A stretch of 64,000 nucleotides of DNA from Eledone cirrhosa. Taxonomy: Eukaryota. The stretch covers positions 190,960,001 to 191,024,000 of the forward strand of contig OZ024743.1 in NCBI GenBank assembly GCA_964016885.1, written 5' to 3'. Shown in pieces: positions 41,962-55,973 of the stretch (the stretch's first letter is position 1; each line of letters starts with the position of its first letter). A program made the position numbers and the translations under genes. The notes beneath the pieces are model-generated. The model ran no database searches and was not told where the DNA came from. It was given only the letters and a program-made list of their open reading frames with translations.

Positions 41962-42398
41962 AGAAGTCGACCTTAAGTACGACCAATAACATTAAGAAAG
42001 ACATGAACGACACCATAACACTTTGTTTTGATAATTTTGAAAGTAGGTTTATAAGTATGAATTTTAGTAAGATTTTCGTAGTTGTCTCTGTGGCCTAGTG
42101 GTAGCTACTAGAGATGGTGGCCTTGGTTTCCATCCTGGTCAAGAGGTACGTCTAAACTGTTTCAGTTTTTATTTTACAGCCAATAGAAAAAGAATTATGA
42201 GGTTTACTGGGAACCCTACTCCCGAACTTCAAACCAGGATCAACAGCGTCTACGATTCCTCCAGCTAAGCCACAGAGACAGCTACAAAAGTATAATGAAA
42301 ATTGATAATTATAAACCTACTTTCTAAATCAAATTTAAAAGATGTGGTGACGTTCATGACTTTCCTGGAGCTACTAGTAATATTTAGGCTCGACTTCT
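41962..42398. mobile_element. Imperfect foldback element whose arms each contain a tRNA/SINE-like head
   Basis: AGAAGTCGA..AAAGTAGGTTTATAA..GTCTCTGTGGC mirrored by GCCACAGAGAC..TTATAAACCTACTTT..TCGACTTCT. Confidence 0.65.
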
Positions 42399-42520
42399 GG
42401 TAATTAACTATATATATAAAACTGAGGATGTCTGTCTGTGTGTGTGTGAGTTTGAATCCCTAAAACTTGAGAAGCACCCATCTCCTGGCAGCCAATCACT
42501 TTAGACCCAGTCCGCCATTG

Positions 42521-42599
<79 letters not shown>

Positions 42600-42641
42600 C
42601 ATACATAATATATATATATATAATTATATTATATTATTTAT

Positions 42642-43400
42642 GCTCATGTAGGGAACAAAAGCGCTTCCTACTGTTTCAAGTCCCAATATTGACCATATTC
42701 CCAGTTTGTAATATTGATCAAACCGGACACCTAATCTTCAGTCGCTTAACTGAGTTTTTAAGATAGCGTTAAAAGTATTGCCTGCTAAAGCGGTAGTTAA
42801 TTGAAAACGTATTATAACAAAGGGAAATAACTCCAATATGTAAATTTGAAATAGGAAAGCTGTACAGATGTATGGTATTACGTCGTGGTATTTAATATAG
42901 AGATGGGAATATTTATAAAGGTATGGAGTAGCCTGGTATAGAAAGTGTTCCCTGGTATATAACTGTGCAAAAGGACAGAGAAAGAAAAGATATCAAGATA
43001 GTATAAAAATCAAAGTAAGATGGATGCAAATCAGCTAAATTCGCTGATTATTTCCATTTAGCAAGTGGCTTATGAGATGGAGGATTCCTCCAATAATTTC
43101 GTTCTTTGAAGTTAAATAATAATTGTTCAGAGGACAGAACATGAAATATTCTGAATTTTACGACATTTTTGGTATCATTGGTGTAAGGTCAAGGTATTTT
43201 AAGTATATTCCAAATAATGTTATGTGATACTTCTTTCTCCTTTAACGGAATGAGGTTTGTTTTTTCTTTTTTTTTCTTTTTTTTTTTTGGCAGGGCAGTA
43301 CTGGTTGTTATATCAGGATTCCTAAGCAATGGACATACGAGTAAACATTTGTTTAAAACAATCTTGCATTATACCGATGTATCTTTTGCTAACTTCAGAA
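42642..43400 (-). mobile_element. Decayed PLE 3' end (GIY-YIG remnant, UTR, degenerate branched HHR at 42659-42747)
   Basis: Minus strand SKRYIG..FKQ..STAL..HNIIWNIL; AAGCG-A-CTGAAGA..[CCGGTTTG/CAAACTGG]..GAAA..CGCTT. Confidence 0.65.
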
Positions 43401-46140
43401 TTACCTGATTCGCACCCCAGTTCCCCTTAACGTAAAGATTAATGTAGGTAAGAAATGTTTAGGTGTATTAGATAGATATTTCTCACCATAACATAGATAC
43501 AGTAAAATGTTCTATCGCATTTCCGACAGATTCATAGTTATGGGCGTCCCCATGAGGATATCAACAATGTCAGCAAACCAGAAATTCTTTTACAATAATG
43601 CAGACTATTATAATAGTGCATTGGTGAATTGCAGAGTACAAGTAGAAGATAATATGCATACCAAAAATACGATAGGAATATTAGTAATGACAAAGAAGCT
43701 AGAAACAGAACTATGAGAACCTATAAAATTCGTTGGTTAGGCTACACCACCGATCATATATTGCATAACACAACCTCTTAAATGGCATAGGAAGGTGAGA
43801 ACTATCTCTAGAAATCAGAATACTGGTCAAACTAGGAGTAATCGAGTATACCAAACGACGACTGAGTCATCAGCGACCACCTATATAATTGAAAACGGAA
43901 ACGATGAATGTGTGAATGGTGACCAGTACCATGGAAGGTAGAATACATAGAAAATTAAATGGGCCTCCTACGAGTATTACGAGGGAGAGTAGATAATTAC
44001 ACAACCATAAAACCACATAGGGGGTAGAAACACGCACCAGACACCTAGATACTTGTTACAACACACTACACGCACCGCAACTGGCTAGAACTATTAACAT
44101 ACAGCACCTCCCACACTAGTAATCACACGAATACACACACAAGTGCATGTAACTCACAACAACACTACAAGCATAAAAACTATTAGAATCCAATAAGTAA
44201 TGATTACTCAAGCCAACAGACAGAGTCAAGCACGAACTTAGGGAGTCGAAATATAAGACTAAATAGAAGAAACCAACCTGTTAATAGGATATCGTATAGA
44301 TCTGTGGATAACAAAATATGCAACTGTTGGAACCCTTGAGGAGGGAATTATTAAGTAAAATATAATATATGAATGCAAACTTAGTGCCAGTAATAGAAGG
44401 TATAAATACATAGGAGCGCCCTACTGCAGTATAAATAATGTCACAGGTTTAAAATGCTAGATAGGAGCAAAAATAAAACACTGTTGCGAATATGATAGCA
44501 AGAAAACTAAGTAAAATGGAATTAGATCTGCACAGCGATACGGTGGGGCCGCTGATATATGTACGTTCTGCGTAACACATGCTATAGAAATAATTAGAAG
44601 CTGGACACATGTAATTAACAGAGAGACTGATTTGTTAAGTACATGTCCTCAAGGCTAACTAAAATATTCCTATTAACCTTTTCATAGAGGCCAAACGAAT
44701 ATCTCCCAGGCTTAACACCTAAATACTAAAATAGCCGACGTAGCACAATACAACACAGTACAATAGATGAAGTAGAATATAATCTAAATAATAAATAATG
44801 CAGCGTTTGTGTAGAAACAATCCATATTTCAACATAAGCATAAAGGGGACCCCTAATAGCACAAAGCATACTAGCCGCGATCTGTTTCTACAACAATCGA
44901 TATAAAGTAAACCTAAAGCAAGGCCATATGAATCTGAGTCAACACAAATACCATACATGCCGTGATATCGATGAAACCTGGATATTACCAAATATGGATG
45001 TATAGAATAAACCTATAACCAAAACATATCCACGGGCTGAGAATTCAATTGGAACTGTATGTACCGAACACCGCTCCTGGAGGAACGTACATGGGTAATA
45101 AATAGGTATATACCCCAATGATATCTACAACTCACAGGTGATAAGGGTATTGACACTTGGTAAATATGGAAATATTTTACATGTACTTCATGAATAGAGA
45201 ATAGGTATACATATTGTATACATTCTCTCTGCTTAATTCCTGGTTTATAGGTTTTTCAAATGGATGTTTTATTCCTTGTGGTCCAATTGCGAATTCCAAT
45301 GTTTATTCATTTTCTCGCCTGTTGTCCATTTACAAACTTATCATCTTTATTCTTTATTCTTTATTCCTATAATTTCTGACTTAAGAATATCGGATATATA
45401 TATAATATTTAAAGATTATAATGTTCTGTATACATTGTTGTTTTTCACACATATGGATTGCTTTTGTGTATTGTTATTATAAGGCACTTCATTATTTGCT
45501 TTAGAGTTTCTTTAAACTTCATTTAAACATGTTATTTAAATGTTATGTGTATAGATATTATGAGATACTCCGTTATTTACTATAAATCTTTTTAAAGAAT
45601 TCATTTAAACTATACCTCAAACTAAATATTTTTTATTTAATGGCTTTGTATATTTTTTATATATTTTATCTTATATTGAATAGACAATGTTAAATATTCT
45701 ATGGTATCATAAATTAACAGATATCATCACAGCATTATTGACCCCTGTAACAATACCTTCTGTCTACCACAAGAGACCACTAAGAGAGACTACTGGGACT
45801 CGAGATGGAGAAGTCTAAAAGAGAGAAATGTAAAAGATCCACTGATATGGGAAGATTTGTGGCCACTGGGAACCCAAATGCCTGTTCTAGAACCATATGG
45901 CGATCTGGGATACCCAACCTAGAATAGCTGTCATAAAAATTACATCAATCAACCTACGTGTAGCATGACCATCAACAACTCGAGAGTACAGGCAGACATT
46001 TATCATATAAATATCACGCCCACAAGAAGGCATGATTGACTAGACCTAGGGAACTATACGTTACCCTAGCACGCACAACTATGGAGTGTGTAAGTGCTAG
46101 ACGAATATAAACAGCTTTTTTTTCTGTCATAGACATTCAT
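43400..46140 (+). mobile_element. Decayed PLE (thumb, long linker, GIY-YIG, long 3' UTR)
   Basis: NVKINVGKK..HRYSKMF; RISTMSANQKFFYNNADYYNSAL; CNC..NIIYECK..YKYIG; ICTFC..INRE..STC; HHR-like fold at 46024-46121. Confidence 0.7.
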
Positions 46141-47187
46141 ACATACTTATGTTTGTAACGGGTTGATGATGTTATGTCAGTTGTTGTTTAGGTTTCATAA
46201 CTGCAATACTCTGGTGTTAGTGAAATTCACCTAATAAATGTAATTATGTAATTACACAAACATGTCTTAATGTTTGTTCGTATAACGATACTGCACCGTG
46301 TCAGATGCGATCGCACGTCAAAGATAGATACATACTATCGACATGGAAAGCTTCACTAAATGTCTACACTAAAATGTTGTGATTGAGATAATGCAAATGC
46401 AACACTCAGAAATAACTGGAATAAATAACACCAACTATATATATACATAATTTCCAACTAAATGTTTCCTTATGCACGAATTCATGAACAACACCAATAT
46501 CAGATTTACAATATCGGGGATGAATATGCCTATCTCCAGAGCAATTGAACGTTAATTGGTTTTATTTCTATTACTTAAAAGATCAAATACTCTTTGTGCT
46601 TTTATTGTCCAATATTATCGCAAGTGAGACAATAGGTTAAATAACTTAATGAAATCTGATTGATCATCAGTTGAGACAGATGAAATATTAATAAGACAAA
46701 GACCCGTTTATGATCATTTTCCAAGTGGATAGGAGTCAATAATAGCTATGGTCGTGTATTATAATAGAATGTGTATGGATTGAATATTAGTATAGCACAA
46801 TATTTTAAGGAAATGAAAAGAAATAGGAAGTAGTGATGTTCATGACTTTTAATGGTTTATTCATTACACAAATTGTGAACTATAAACTAAAATTGATAAT
46901 AATATTGTGAACATGTGTAAGCATTTACACGATTGTATTTTGCAAGATATAATTGTAAACATATTCGCACCAGTCACCAATCTGATACTTTGTCAAACCA
47001 GCGAAGACTAGGCTTATTTAGAGGCGGCCATTACACGCCTCGTCGTAGCTACGTCAGTGCGTTATGAGTTTTCTTGTGAGCCGCACGTGTCACATATTGC
47101 TCCATCTTCCCTAGTAGTTTACCGCTGTTGGTGAAAGAAGAAGAAGAAGAAGAAGACGAAGTTTATCATTTTGTGGCTTTAGGACAG

Positions 47188-47400
47188 TAGATTGGCAGAA
47201 TCGCTAGAGGGTCGGACGCCATGCTTTGCAGCATAGAGTTACGGCCCTTTATGATCTGAGTTCATATCCTGCCGAGGTTAACTTTGCCTTTGATCCTTAC
47301 GGGGTCGATAAAATAAAGTACCAGTCACCCACTGGGGTCGATTTAATCGACTTTCCCCTCCTCCAAAATGTCTGGCTTTGTACCTATACATGAAACCATT
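47188..47400 (+). mobile_element. Octopus-type tRNA-derived SINE
   Basis: A-box TGGCAGAATCG, B-box GAGTTCATATCC, same core as 40139-40298. Confidence 0.85.
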
Positions 47401-47784
47401 ATTTAGTGACTTTAATGCTATAACATCATACAATTAAACCTTAACCTGTATTCATACATGTATTACGAAAGCATCAGATATAAGAATGCAAATAACAGCT
47501 ATTGGTGGCAACTAATATTTGCAATCATATTTCAAGCTCAGCTTTCTATGAATCTATGGGAAAACGAAATGTTTCCCAACAGAATTGTTTTGTATGTTGA
47601 AAAACAATGATCATCTGAATGCAGATAGATATTTATTGAACGTGCAGAAACAATAATGAAATGAGGCCATACAAAACATTAAGAAAATAATTATTTGTTT
47701 TTCACTTCATTAATACAAAATAAACGGATTAAATGTCGCTCAACAAGTTTGTATTGTTTTTAATATGGTTGTGAAATGGTAAGA

Positions 47785-47990
47785 GAACTGGATTAGGAGT
47801 ATCAGTTGAGCGTCAGACAACATGCTTTGCGTCCACTTACGTTCTTAATTCAAATCTCTCCGAGGTTAACTTTGCCTTTCATCCTTACGGGGTTGATAAA
47901 ATAAAGTACCAGTAACGGTTTGAGATCGATGAAATCGGCTTCTCTTGCCCCAAACTTTGTTGGTTCTGTGACTAAATTAGAAACTATTAT
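47785..47990 (+). mobile_element. Octopus-type SINE, diverged
   Basis: CCGAGGTTAACTTTGCCTTTCATCCTTACGGGGTTGATAAAATAAAGTACCAG. Confidence 0.8.
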
Positions 47991-48449
47991 GATCGTGGGG
48001 AAGCAACTACGCATACAACCCACTTTTCACTGATGAAATTTGGAGAGCTCATTAAAAAGTTCATTTACCAAGGAAATGTCCCTCATCCGGAGTAAAACTG
48101 GTATGATTGGTTGTTACAGAGATATAGATACCCCATGTTTGAGAATGCAAAATTTCAGGACAATACAATGCACCTCTTGTTTAATTGTGGCCACCTTAAA
48201 AGGGATCATGACTGAAATCCTAAACCAAAGGTAAGTGGGTTGAATTGAATACAATAATAATTTCTGTATGTATTTCAACATTTTTTTTTTGTCAATTGCA
48301 TGGAATTGTATAAAAGTTTGATTTGTAAATGCATGAATTTAGGTTCCAGCCAGCTATGCAGGACATTGTCTATGAAAATTCTAGGATTTGTAGTTATTTA
48401 ACGCTTTGTAATACTAATTTGCTTGCGAGAAACTGTACAGCAGTCCTTC

Positions 48450-48522
<73 letters not shown>

Positions 48523-48523
<1 letters not shown>

Positions 48524-49168
48524 TAGCCGAATTACCCGCGCCATTCACATATTTTTTGTTTTGTAAGAAAATGATGATTGATTTTAAATCAGTGATATAA
48601 TTTATGGAGAAAAACTCTGCATTTCAATATTACTCAAAGTTAAAATGTGATGCATGAAAAATTGGAAAACATTATTTTTTGTAATATATCAAATCAAAAT
48701 TACATTATTCTTTTTTGATTCTTGTAAATAATTTTTTTTTAAAAATATATATTCAAAATGTTTGCGAATAGGCATCATATCTTGTCATTTACCTATGGCT
48801 TAAATTTCATATAAATCGAAGGGGAAACATTTTCAGCGGGTGTTTGTGCCTCCGCGAACCCTAATAGGGGGTTTAACCCCCCAATAGGGTATCTTAATAT
48901 TATTGAAATTTGCTGAGATTTTGTGAATAGGCATCATATCTTATCATGTACCTATGGTTTAAATTTCATATATATTGAAGGGAAAACATTTTCAGCGGGG
49001 GTTTTTGCCCCCGGGAACCCTTTGATTAAAATGAAATATACTTATCCAAGTACCCTGGGCAATATAGTTTCAGAATATATATATGGTTATGGGGGTCTGT
49101 CTCCAAAACCATAAGAGTAGCTCGTGAACAAACAAACAAACAATAAGACAGGGTTACAACTTTATATA
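48523..49168 (-). mobile_element. Non-autonomous Helitron-like element with an internal ~160-bp duplication
   Basis: Minus strand 5' TATATAAAGTT..(TTTG)n and 3' GCGGGTAATTCGG-CTAG|T; 48760-48860 repeated at 48920-49020. Confidence 0.65.
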
Positions 49169-49184
49169 TATATATATATATATA

Positions 49185-49376
49185 GGAAAATGTTTGACCC
49201 CGAAGGCAGAACCCAAGCCGTTTCGACGGCTATTTCTGGACTCTAGAAATAGCCGTCGAAGCGGCTAGAGCACTGCCGTCGGGGTCAAGCATTTTCTTAT
49301 TACCAACTCTACTTCCCTAAGTATTGAGTACTCTGGTGCATTATGGTCCATCTGGTTCCTTACCACACCTCCTTCG

Positions 49377-49378
<2 letters not shown>
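49185..49378. mobile_element. Foldback MITE family member
   Basis: GAAAATGTTTGACCCCGA..TCGGGGTCAAGCATTTTC palindrome with the same arm as 39760-39877. Confidence 0.8.
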
Positions 49379-49420
<42 letters not shown>

Positions 49421-51084
49421 TATAATCTTTTTTTCCCAAGGCGACACACATACATATATACATATGGGAAAAAAGATTGTGTGTGTCATATATTAAATGA
49501 AAATATCCTGTGTCTTTTAGATCATGGTAGAGACATTTTATATCCAGGTCGATTTTCCTTTTCAACTTTTAAAATTGAGAAACTAATCACCAGTGAAAGG
49601 ACTCAGTCGACATTCTCCTCTAAAACACCACGAGTATGTTTCCCCCTACAACTGTTGTCGAATAACTGAAAATCAAAACACTAATCATATATGATTCTTC
49701 CCAAATTTTAGACTTCGTACTTCGTTAATCGTCAGATTGAATTAAAACTAGGTAGCTATTGTTACGCTTTAGTGGAGAAGACCTCGTTTAACACCACCAC
49801 CTATTATATGAGTTTCTCCTACAGATATTAATCTATTTCATGAATTTTAACTATGGTTCATGTTTAAGGATACCTCATTCCTGGAGGATGAAAATGTCGC
49901 CTTCCTCTTCTGATTGTCTCCTTTTTGTAAAGATAGGGATGATATAGCTCCTACTTCTAACAGGGAGAGCGACCATATAAATTGTTCCTTGTAGCCATGT
50001 ATGTAGATGTAAGAAATGTAAATGTAACTACATGTGTATTAAGTGAAACATTACAACTTGCATCTCATAAAATCGTTCAGCTTATTAGAAAGAGAAATAT
50101 GTGATTTAATACCAAGATTTCATGTAATTTGATAATGACGGCAACAGGTAGTCAACTTGACACATATTTCTTTTAACATTTAGCGCTAAAGTATCAATTT
50201 TTACAGCAAGAACGAATACAGAAATTGTGCATATGTAATTTTTTTATTTTTCTCGTATGTTTTTCATTGTATAATCAAATTCGAATACACAATATATATA
50301 AGCTATTCAACACTTCAACCATACGCAATTCAGATTGTTATATCGGTTCGGAATAGGTTGAAAGATGTGCATGTGCCTCTACATTACTACCCACTTCTTT
50401 GAAACGAAACATCCTCCATTCAATGTCACTCACCATTTCACTAGAAATGTCATTTGTCTTCTTATATGCTTTTTTCTGTTGTTTCAAATATATTAGAGAA
50501 ACTGGTACCGTTTGCAAACAGGTTCACTCAACATCTACGTAATATGCCTTTAAATAGTACAAACATCACATTTTCTCCATCACTTCACCTCCCCTATTCA
50601 CGGTATCTCCCAGCTCTCAGTCTACGTTGTTGGTTTACACCATGATTCAACCATTACCCCTTACCACAAGGAATAACGTCCCCTTTTTTGCCTTGGATAC
50701 TCACTTCCCTTTGGTATACAGACTGTAGTGAGCTTTAGCTAACACACCACAACGTGTACACAAAATACCTCACGTATTACTTCCACTTAATATCTATTTC
50801 TATAAATCAACATGGACAGAATATCATACACACACACATACATCATCACACAAACAATTAATAACTTCATACGTAGGTATAACCCTACATATACACATAT
50901 CTATACATAAGCTCCTACTGTTAAATGGCCTTCATCTCTTGATAGGAACCGAAGCACTGAAAGAATCTCCTTGTTAAATCAGTCTCCCCAGTAAAGTCTA
51001 TGTTCAATGTCTGGCTATGTACTCTTTAAAGGCGTAAGAATATTTACCATATATATATGCCTACTCACCTGTACACAAACACAC

Positions 51085-51158
<74 letters not shown>

Positions 51159-51189
51159 ATATGTATATATATATATGCATATATATCTG

Positions 51190-51432
51190 TGTGTGTCTGT
51201 ATGTGTCTGTGTGTGTATGTAGAACATATATGTAGGTGGTAAAAGAAAACGAAAGACAGTCCTCAATTGGGAAGAGACCTGATATATTATATTATTAATT
51301 TATTTTCATCCTTAGTCACCAGCTACAGAAAATGTCTTCCACTCAGATACCTCGGTACGTATTCACTCATTAGTCCTCTTTCATACACATCACGCCATAC
51401 ACATATATGTGTGTATATATATATGTATATAA

Positions 51433-51464
<32 letters not shown>

Positions 51465-51672
51465 CTGTATGCGTGTGTGTGTCTATGTAGAAAATATCTG
51501 TAGGTGGGAAAAAGAAATCGAAAGACAGTCCTCAATTGGGAAAAGACCTGATATATTATATTATTAATTTATCTTCATCCTTAGTCACCAGCTACAGAAA
51601 ATTTCTTCCACTCGGATATCTTGGTTCGTATTCACTCATTAGTCCTCTTTCATACACATCACGCCATACACA
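51190..51672. repeat. Tandem duplication, period ~269 bp
   Basis: GAAAGACAGTCCTCAATTGGG at 51251 and 51520. Confidence 0.9.
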
Positions 51673-51894
51673 TTGCATGGTTCTATATAAATTTCAAACA
51701 ATAATATAGCTTTCGGAGTTAATTACTGGGTATTCTGGTAATTTATTAACAATTCTGAATGCCTATACTTTGACAGATATGAGAAATAACGTCATATTTA
51801 GGAAATGATGAACAAATTGGTAATGTCAGGATTCCAAGATAAATACATCATTGTCTCCAATTGCACAATTCCTTTATCAGAAACACACGCACAC

Positions 51895-52010
<116 letters not shown>

Positions 52011-52157
52011 TATTTTCCGTTGTGTTGTAATATAAATATTACACACAGTAGATTATCAGCTCACGTAGAGTTTGCTCGACGGTTCCAGTTGTAGTTCCAA
52101 AAGTAATCCGGAGAAAAATAGAAAGATTTGAATGGATACAGTTTAGTTGAAAGGAAT

Positions 52158-52274
52158 TTATTGACACGTGTTTCTATAACAGTTACATAACCTAAAACAG
52201 CTATCTACAAACTTTTAGTTATGCAGACATTCAATATTTCAATGTTATTATTTACTGTCATTTCATCAGAATAA
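52158..52274 (-). ncRNA. Branched-stem-II hammerhead in the 3' pLTR
   Basis: Reverse complement of 54673-54789; one C>T difference converts a G-C pair to G-U. Confidence 0.75.
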
Positions 52275-52860
52275 TATTACTGAGGACCTATTTAGTTTTT
52301 ATAGAGAATATTAGGAGGGAGGGGTGAAGTTGTTAGAAGAATAGTTGAAGGAGTGGTTTTTCGATAGCAGTGAGAATTCTTGGTGGCAGTGAGTAATTAG
52401 ATTCCCATCTGTTGTTTTGACATTTTTTATAGAATATATTATTGGTTATTTTTCTAAATCTATAGAAGGATTAGAGATAGTGAAGATATGCGTGGTTGGT
52501 TTTGTGTTTGCACTTAATTAACATTCAGACTTAAATTTTTCTTTCAAGTGTACGTATCCTTTCACCCACGCATTCACACACAAATATATTTGCACACCTC
52601 TACAAAATACATATACACACAATTCACATATTCATACTTACATATATATACACATGCATACACATATATATACACACATGTATTCATGTACATACATACG
52701 CGCTCATGTGTATACATTTTCATACTCAACTTATCTTTATATACACACGTATAGACACACACATATATACATACATACTCTAGTCCATGTGTACACACAT
52801 ACACATACATACACATCCATATACACATATATACATACACATATATACATACATATATAC

Positions 52861-52923
<63 letters not shown>

Positions 52924-53246
52924 CATACATACACAAACATACATATACACACATATACATATATATATATATATATAAGCACTTTAATACATGAATACAC
53001 TTACATCTAACTATACACATCAAACATATATATATATTTACTTATTTATATACATTTTCACATATATATACATACTTATGGACGTTTTTAGACACATTCA
53101 TTATCGCATATTTGTACCTATTCTCATCAGCATATCTTTTCATTATTAGTATGGTAATTTAAGGTTATTAATATATGTTGAGAAGAGATTGTTTTTATAT
53201 TTTTCTAACTAGATTAAGGTTTATATAGTTGGGGGATGTCCCTCTT

Positions 53247-54386
53247 TTATGTAATATTCGGCTTGTAGTGGGAAAAAAGGGTTTTAGTTCTGTGACGGCA
53301 GAATAATGTTCGTTCAATTCTGTTATTCAGCAGTTTCTTCTTGTGTGTGATTATGTAATAAATCTCAAGATTACACAATTTGCAGAAATTTTGGCTCCTG
53401 GAAAAGCTTTGGGTTTTAGCTAATTTTTCCCATTTTAGGGTAAACTTTTGATCGCTATCCCTGAGCGTCCAAGCTTTTTCTGCTAGAGTTGTTACATTTC
53501 TTTGGCTCTGGTGTTTTATTGAGTAAGAATGCCTATACAATCGAGATTTAAACGATGTTGCCGTTGATCCCACGTAATACCACTCGTTGCCTCCGGATTT
53601 AATGGTACACTTATAAATAATATTTTTTTCCAGGCAGTTATTGCCGAGGGGGCAGTTGTCAGGATAGGTGCAGTTACAGTTGTGTACGTTGGGTTTTCTC
53701 TGGAGTAGTATTGCGGACGAACTTAGGTGTGGTTTATTTATGTTCTGTAGTGTATTGTCTACTGTTTTTTTTGTGTTCTTTGTACTTAAGTTCTTAGTGT
53801 TTTCGTTTAACCTTCTAGTATTGATCTTTTTTATGTGTTGTTCAAGGTTTAACGCTGTAGAGTATGACAGTCTTATAGTGGTAGGGTTTAGGATTTTGTG
53901 GTATTTGTGTGATGTGGGGAAAATGTCTTTTAATTATTTTAAAGAAGAGTACTGGTAAATTTGTACTAATGGAGCTATTGTATTCGGGGTTATACCATAA
54001 GTACTCTTTGCATCGCTTTCTATTAGTTTTGTTTGTTGGTTTACTGGTGTGCATACTATGGTAGTAAGTGTGGTTTGGTGTTGTGTTATTATATCTACCT
54101 ATGTGGGATTTATTTTGGGTGTTTTGATTGTTCCCATCTATGTACTCTATTTTGTTGAGGTAGCCTGCTTTACTAAGGGCGTTATCGTAGTACTCGGCGT
54201 GTTCCTTAAATACTTGTATGTTAGAAGATAGACCCGAGATTCTAAGGGAAATATTTTTAAGGATAGATTTAATTATAGAGATGGGGTGGTTAGACCCAAC
54301 ATTTACGTATTTGAGATTTTCATTCAATTTATGAAACGGTTTAATCAAACCAGAGTTTAAATTGAGTGTGACATCCAGGAAGTTAA
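53247..54386 (-). pseudogene. PLE RT thumb + CxC + GIY-YIG (frameshifted, 5'-truncated)
   Basis: ORFs 53842-54399 and 53247-53573 plus the intervening frame. Confidence 0.9.
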
Positions 54387-54672
54387 AGGATACGTACACT
54401 TGAAAGAAAAATTTAAGTCTGAATGTTAATTAAGTGCAAACACAAAACCAACCACGCATATCTTCACTATCTCTAATCCTTCTATAGATTTAGAAAAATA
54501 ACCAATAATATATTCTATAAAAAATGTCAAAACAACAGATGGGAATCTAATTACTCACTGCCACCAAGAATTCTCACTGCTATCGAAAAACCACTCCTTC
54601 AACTATTCTTCTAACAACTTCACCCCTCCCTCCTAATATTCTCTATAAAAACTAAATAGGTCCTCAGTAATA

Positions 54673-54789
54673 TTATTCTGATGAAATGACAGTAAATAAT
54701 AACATTGAAATATTGAATGTCTGCATAACTAAAAGTTTGTAGATAGCTGTTTTAGGTTATGCAACTGTTATAGAAACACGTGTCAATAA
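54673..54789 (+). ncRNA. Branched-stem-II hammerhead in the inverted pLTR
   Basis: TTATT-CTGATGA-A-ATGACAGT-AAATAATA-[ACATT..AATGT]-C-[TGCATAAC..GTTATGCA]-ACTGTTAT-A-GAAA-CACGTG-TC-AATAA. Confidence 0.78.
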
Positions 54790-54826
54790 ATTCCTTTCAA
54801 CTAAACTGTATCCATTCAAATCTTTC

Positions 54827-54941
<115 letters not shown>

Positions 54942-55246
54942 GAATTGAAACAAAATGAAAACGAAATTTCATTTCTCACTCTTAGTATGGCACTTACTTA
55001 AATGTAAGTATGCATGTATACGTACATACATATATGTATACAGACGTACAGTAGCATGCACATATATATATATATATATATACATATATACATACATATG
55101 CATACAGGTACACATACATATATGCACGTATCAGTTTAGCGGCGCTAACGTCGCTTTGTTCGTTTGTAAACAAACTGAACAGCCTGAATTTATGCCATAC
55201 GGTGTTAAGGCAACCACGTCACCTTTTTGTTCAACACTGACACAGG

Positions 55247-55291
55247 AACGATGTACTAGTTTCAAGCTTGTTAGCTATCATCAGCACCGTT
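55247..55291 (-). ncRNA. Minimal hammerhead (inverted unit)
   Basis: Reverse complement of 55929-55973. Confidence 0.9.
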
Positions 55292-55928
55292 TACCCATCT
55301 GCCAGATAGTTGAACGTTCGAAAGTATATACTTTCCTTATGAAAATTAACGGCTGAGCAGCCTAATTTGCATATTGAGTGAGTTAAATCGGTCAGGCATA
55401 CCGAAAACGATAAATTGAAACAAAATGAAAACGAAATTTCATTTCTCACTCTTAGTATGGCACTTACTTAAATGTAAGTATGCATGTATACGTACATACA
55501 TATATGTATACAGACGTACAGTAGCATGCACATATATATATATATATATACATATATACATACATATGCATACAGGTACACATACATATATGCACGTATC
55601 AGTTTAGCGCCGCTAAACTGATACGTGCATATATGTATGTGTACCTGTATGCATATGTATGTATATATGTATATATATATATATATATGTGCATGCTACT
55701 GTACGTCTGTATACATATATGTATGTACGTATACATGCATACTTACATTTAAGTAAGTGCCATACTAAGAGTGAGAAATGAAATTTCGTTTTCATTTTGT
55801 TTCAATTTATCGTTTTCGGTATGCCTGACCGATTTAACTCACTCAATATGCAAATTAGGCTGCTCAGCCGTTAATTTTCATAAGGAAAGTATATACTTTC
55901 GAACGTTCAACTATCTGGCAGATGGGTA

Positions 55929-55973
55929 AACGGTGCTGATGATAGCTAACAAGCTTGAAACTAGTACATCGTT
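55929..55973 (+). ncRNA. Minimal type-I hammerhead
   Basis: AACGGTG-CTGATGA-T-AGCT-AACA-AGCT-T-GAAA-CTAG-TA-CATCGTT. Confidence 0.92.

Noticed and set aside
51190-51672. 269-bp tandem duplication as another retrozyme
   Set aside because: Only partial core-like words (CTAATGA on minus, CGAAAGAC on plus) and no coherent fold.
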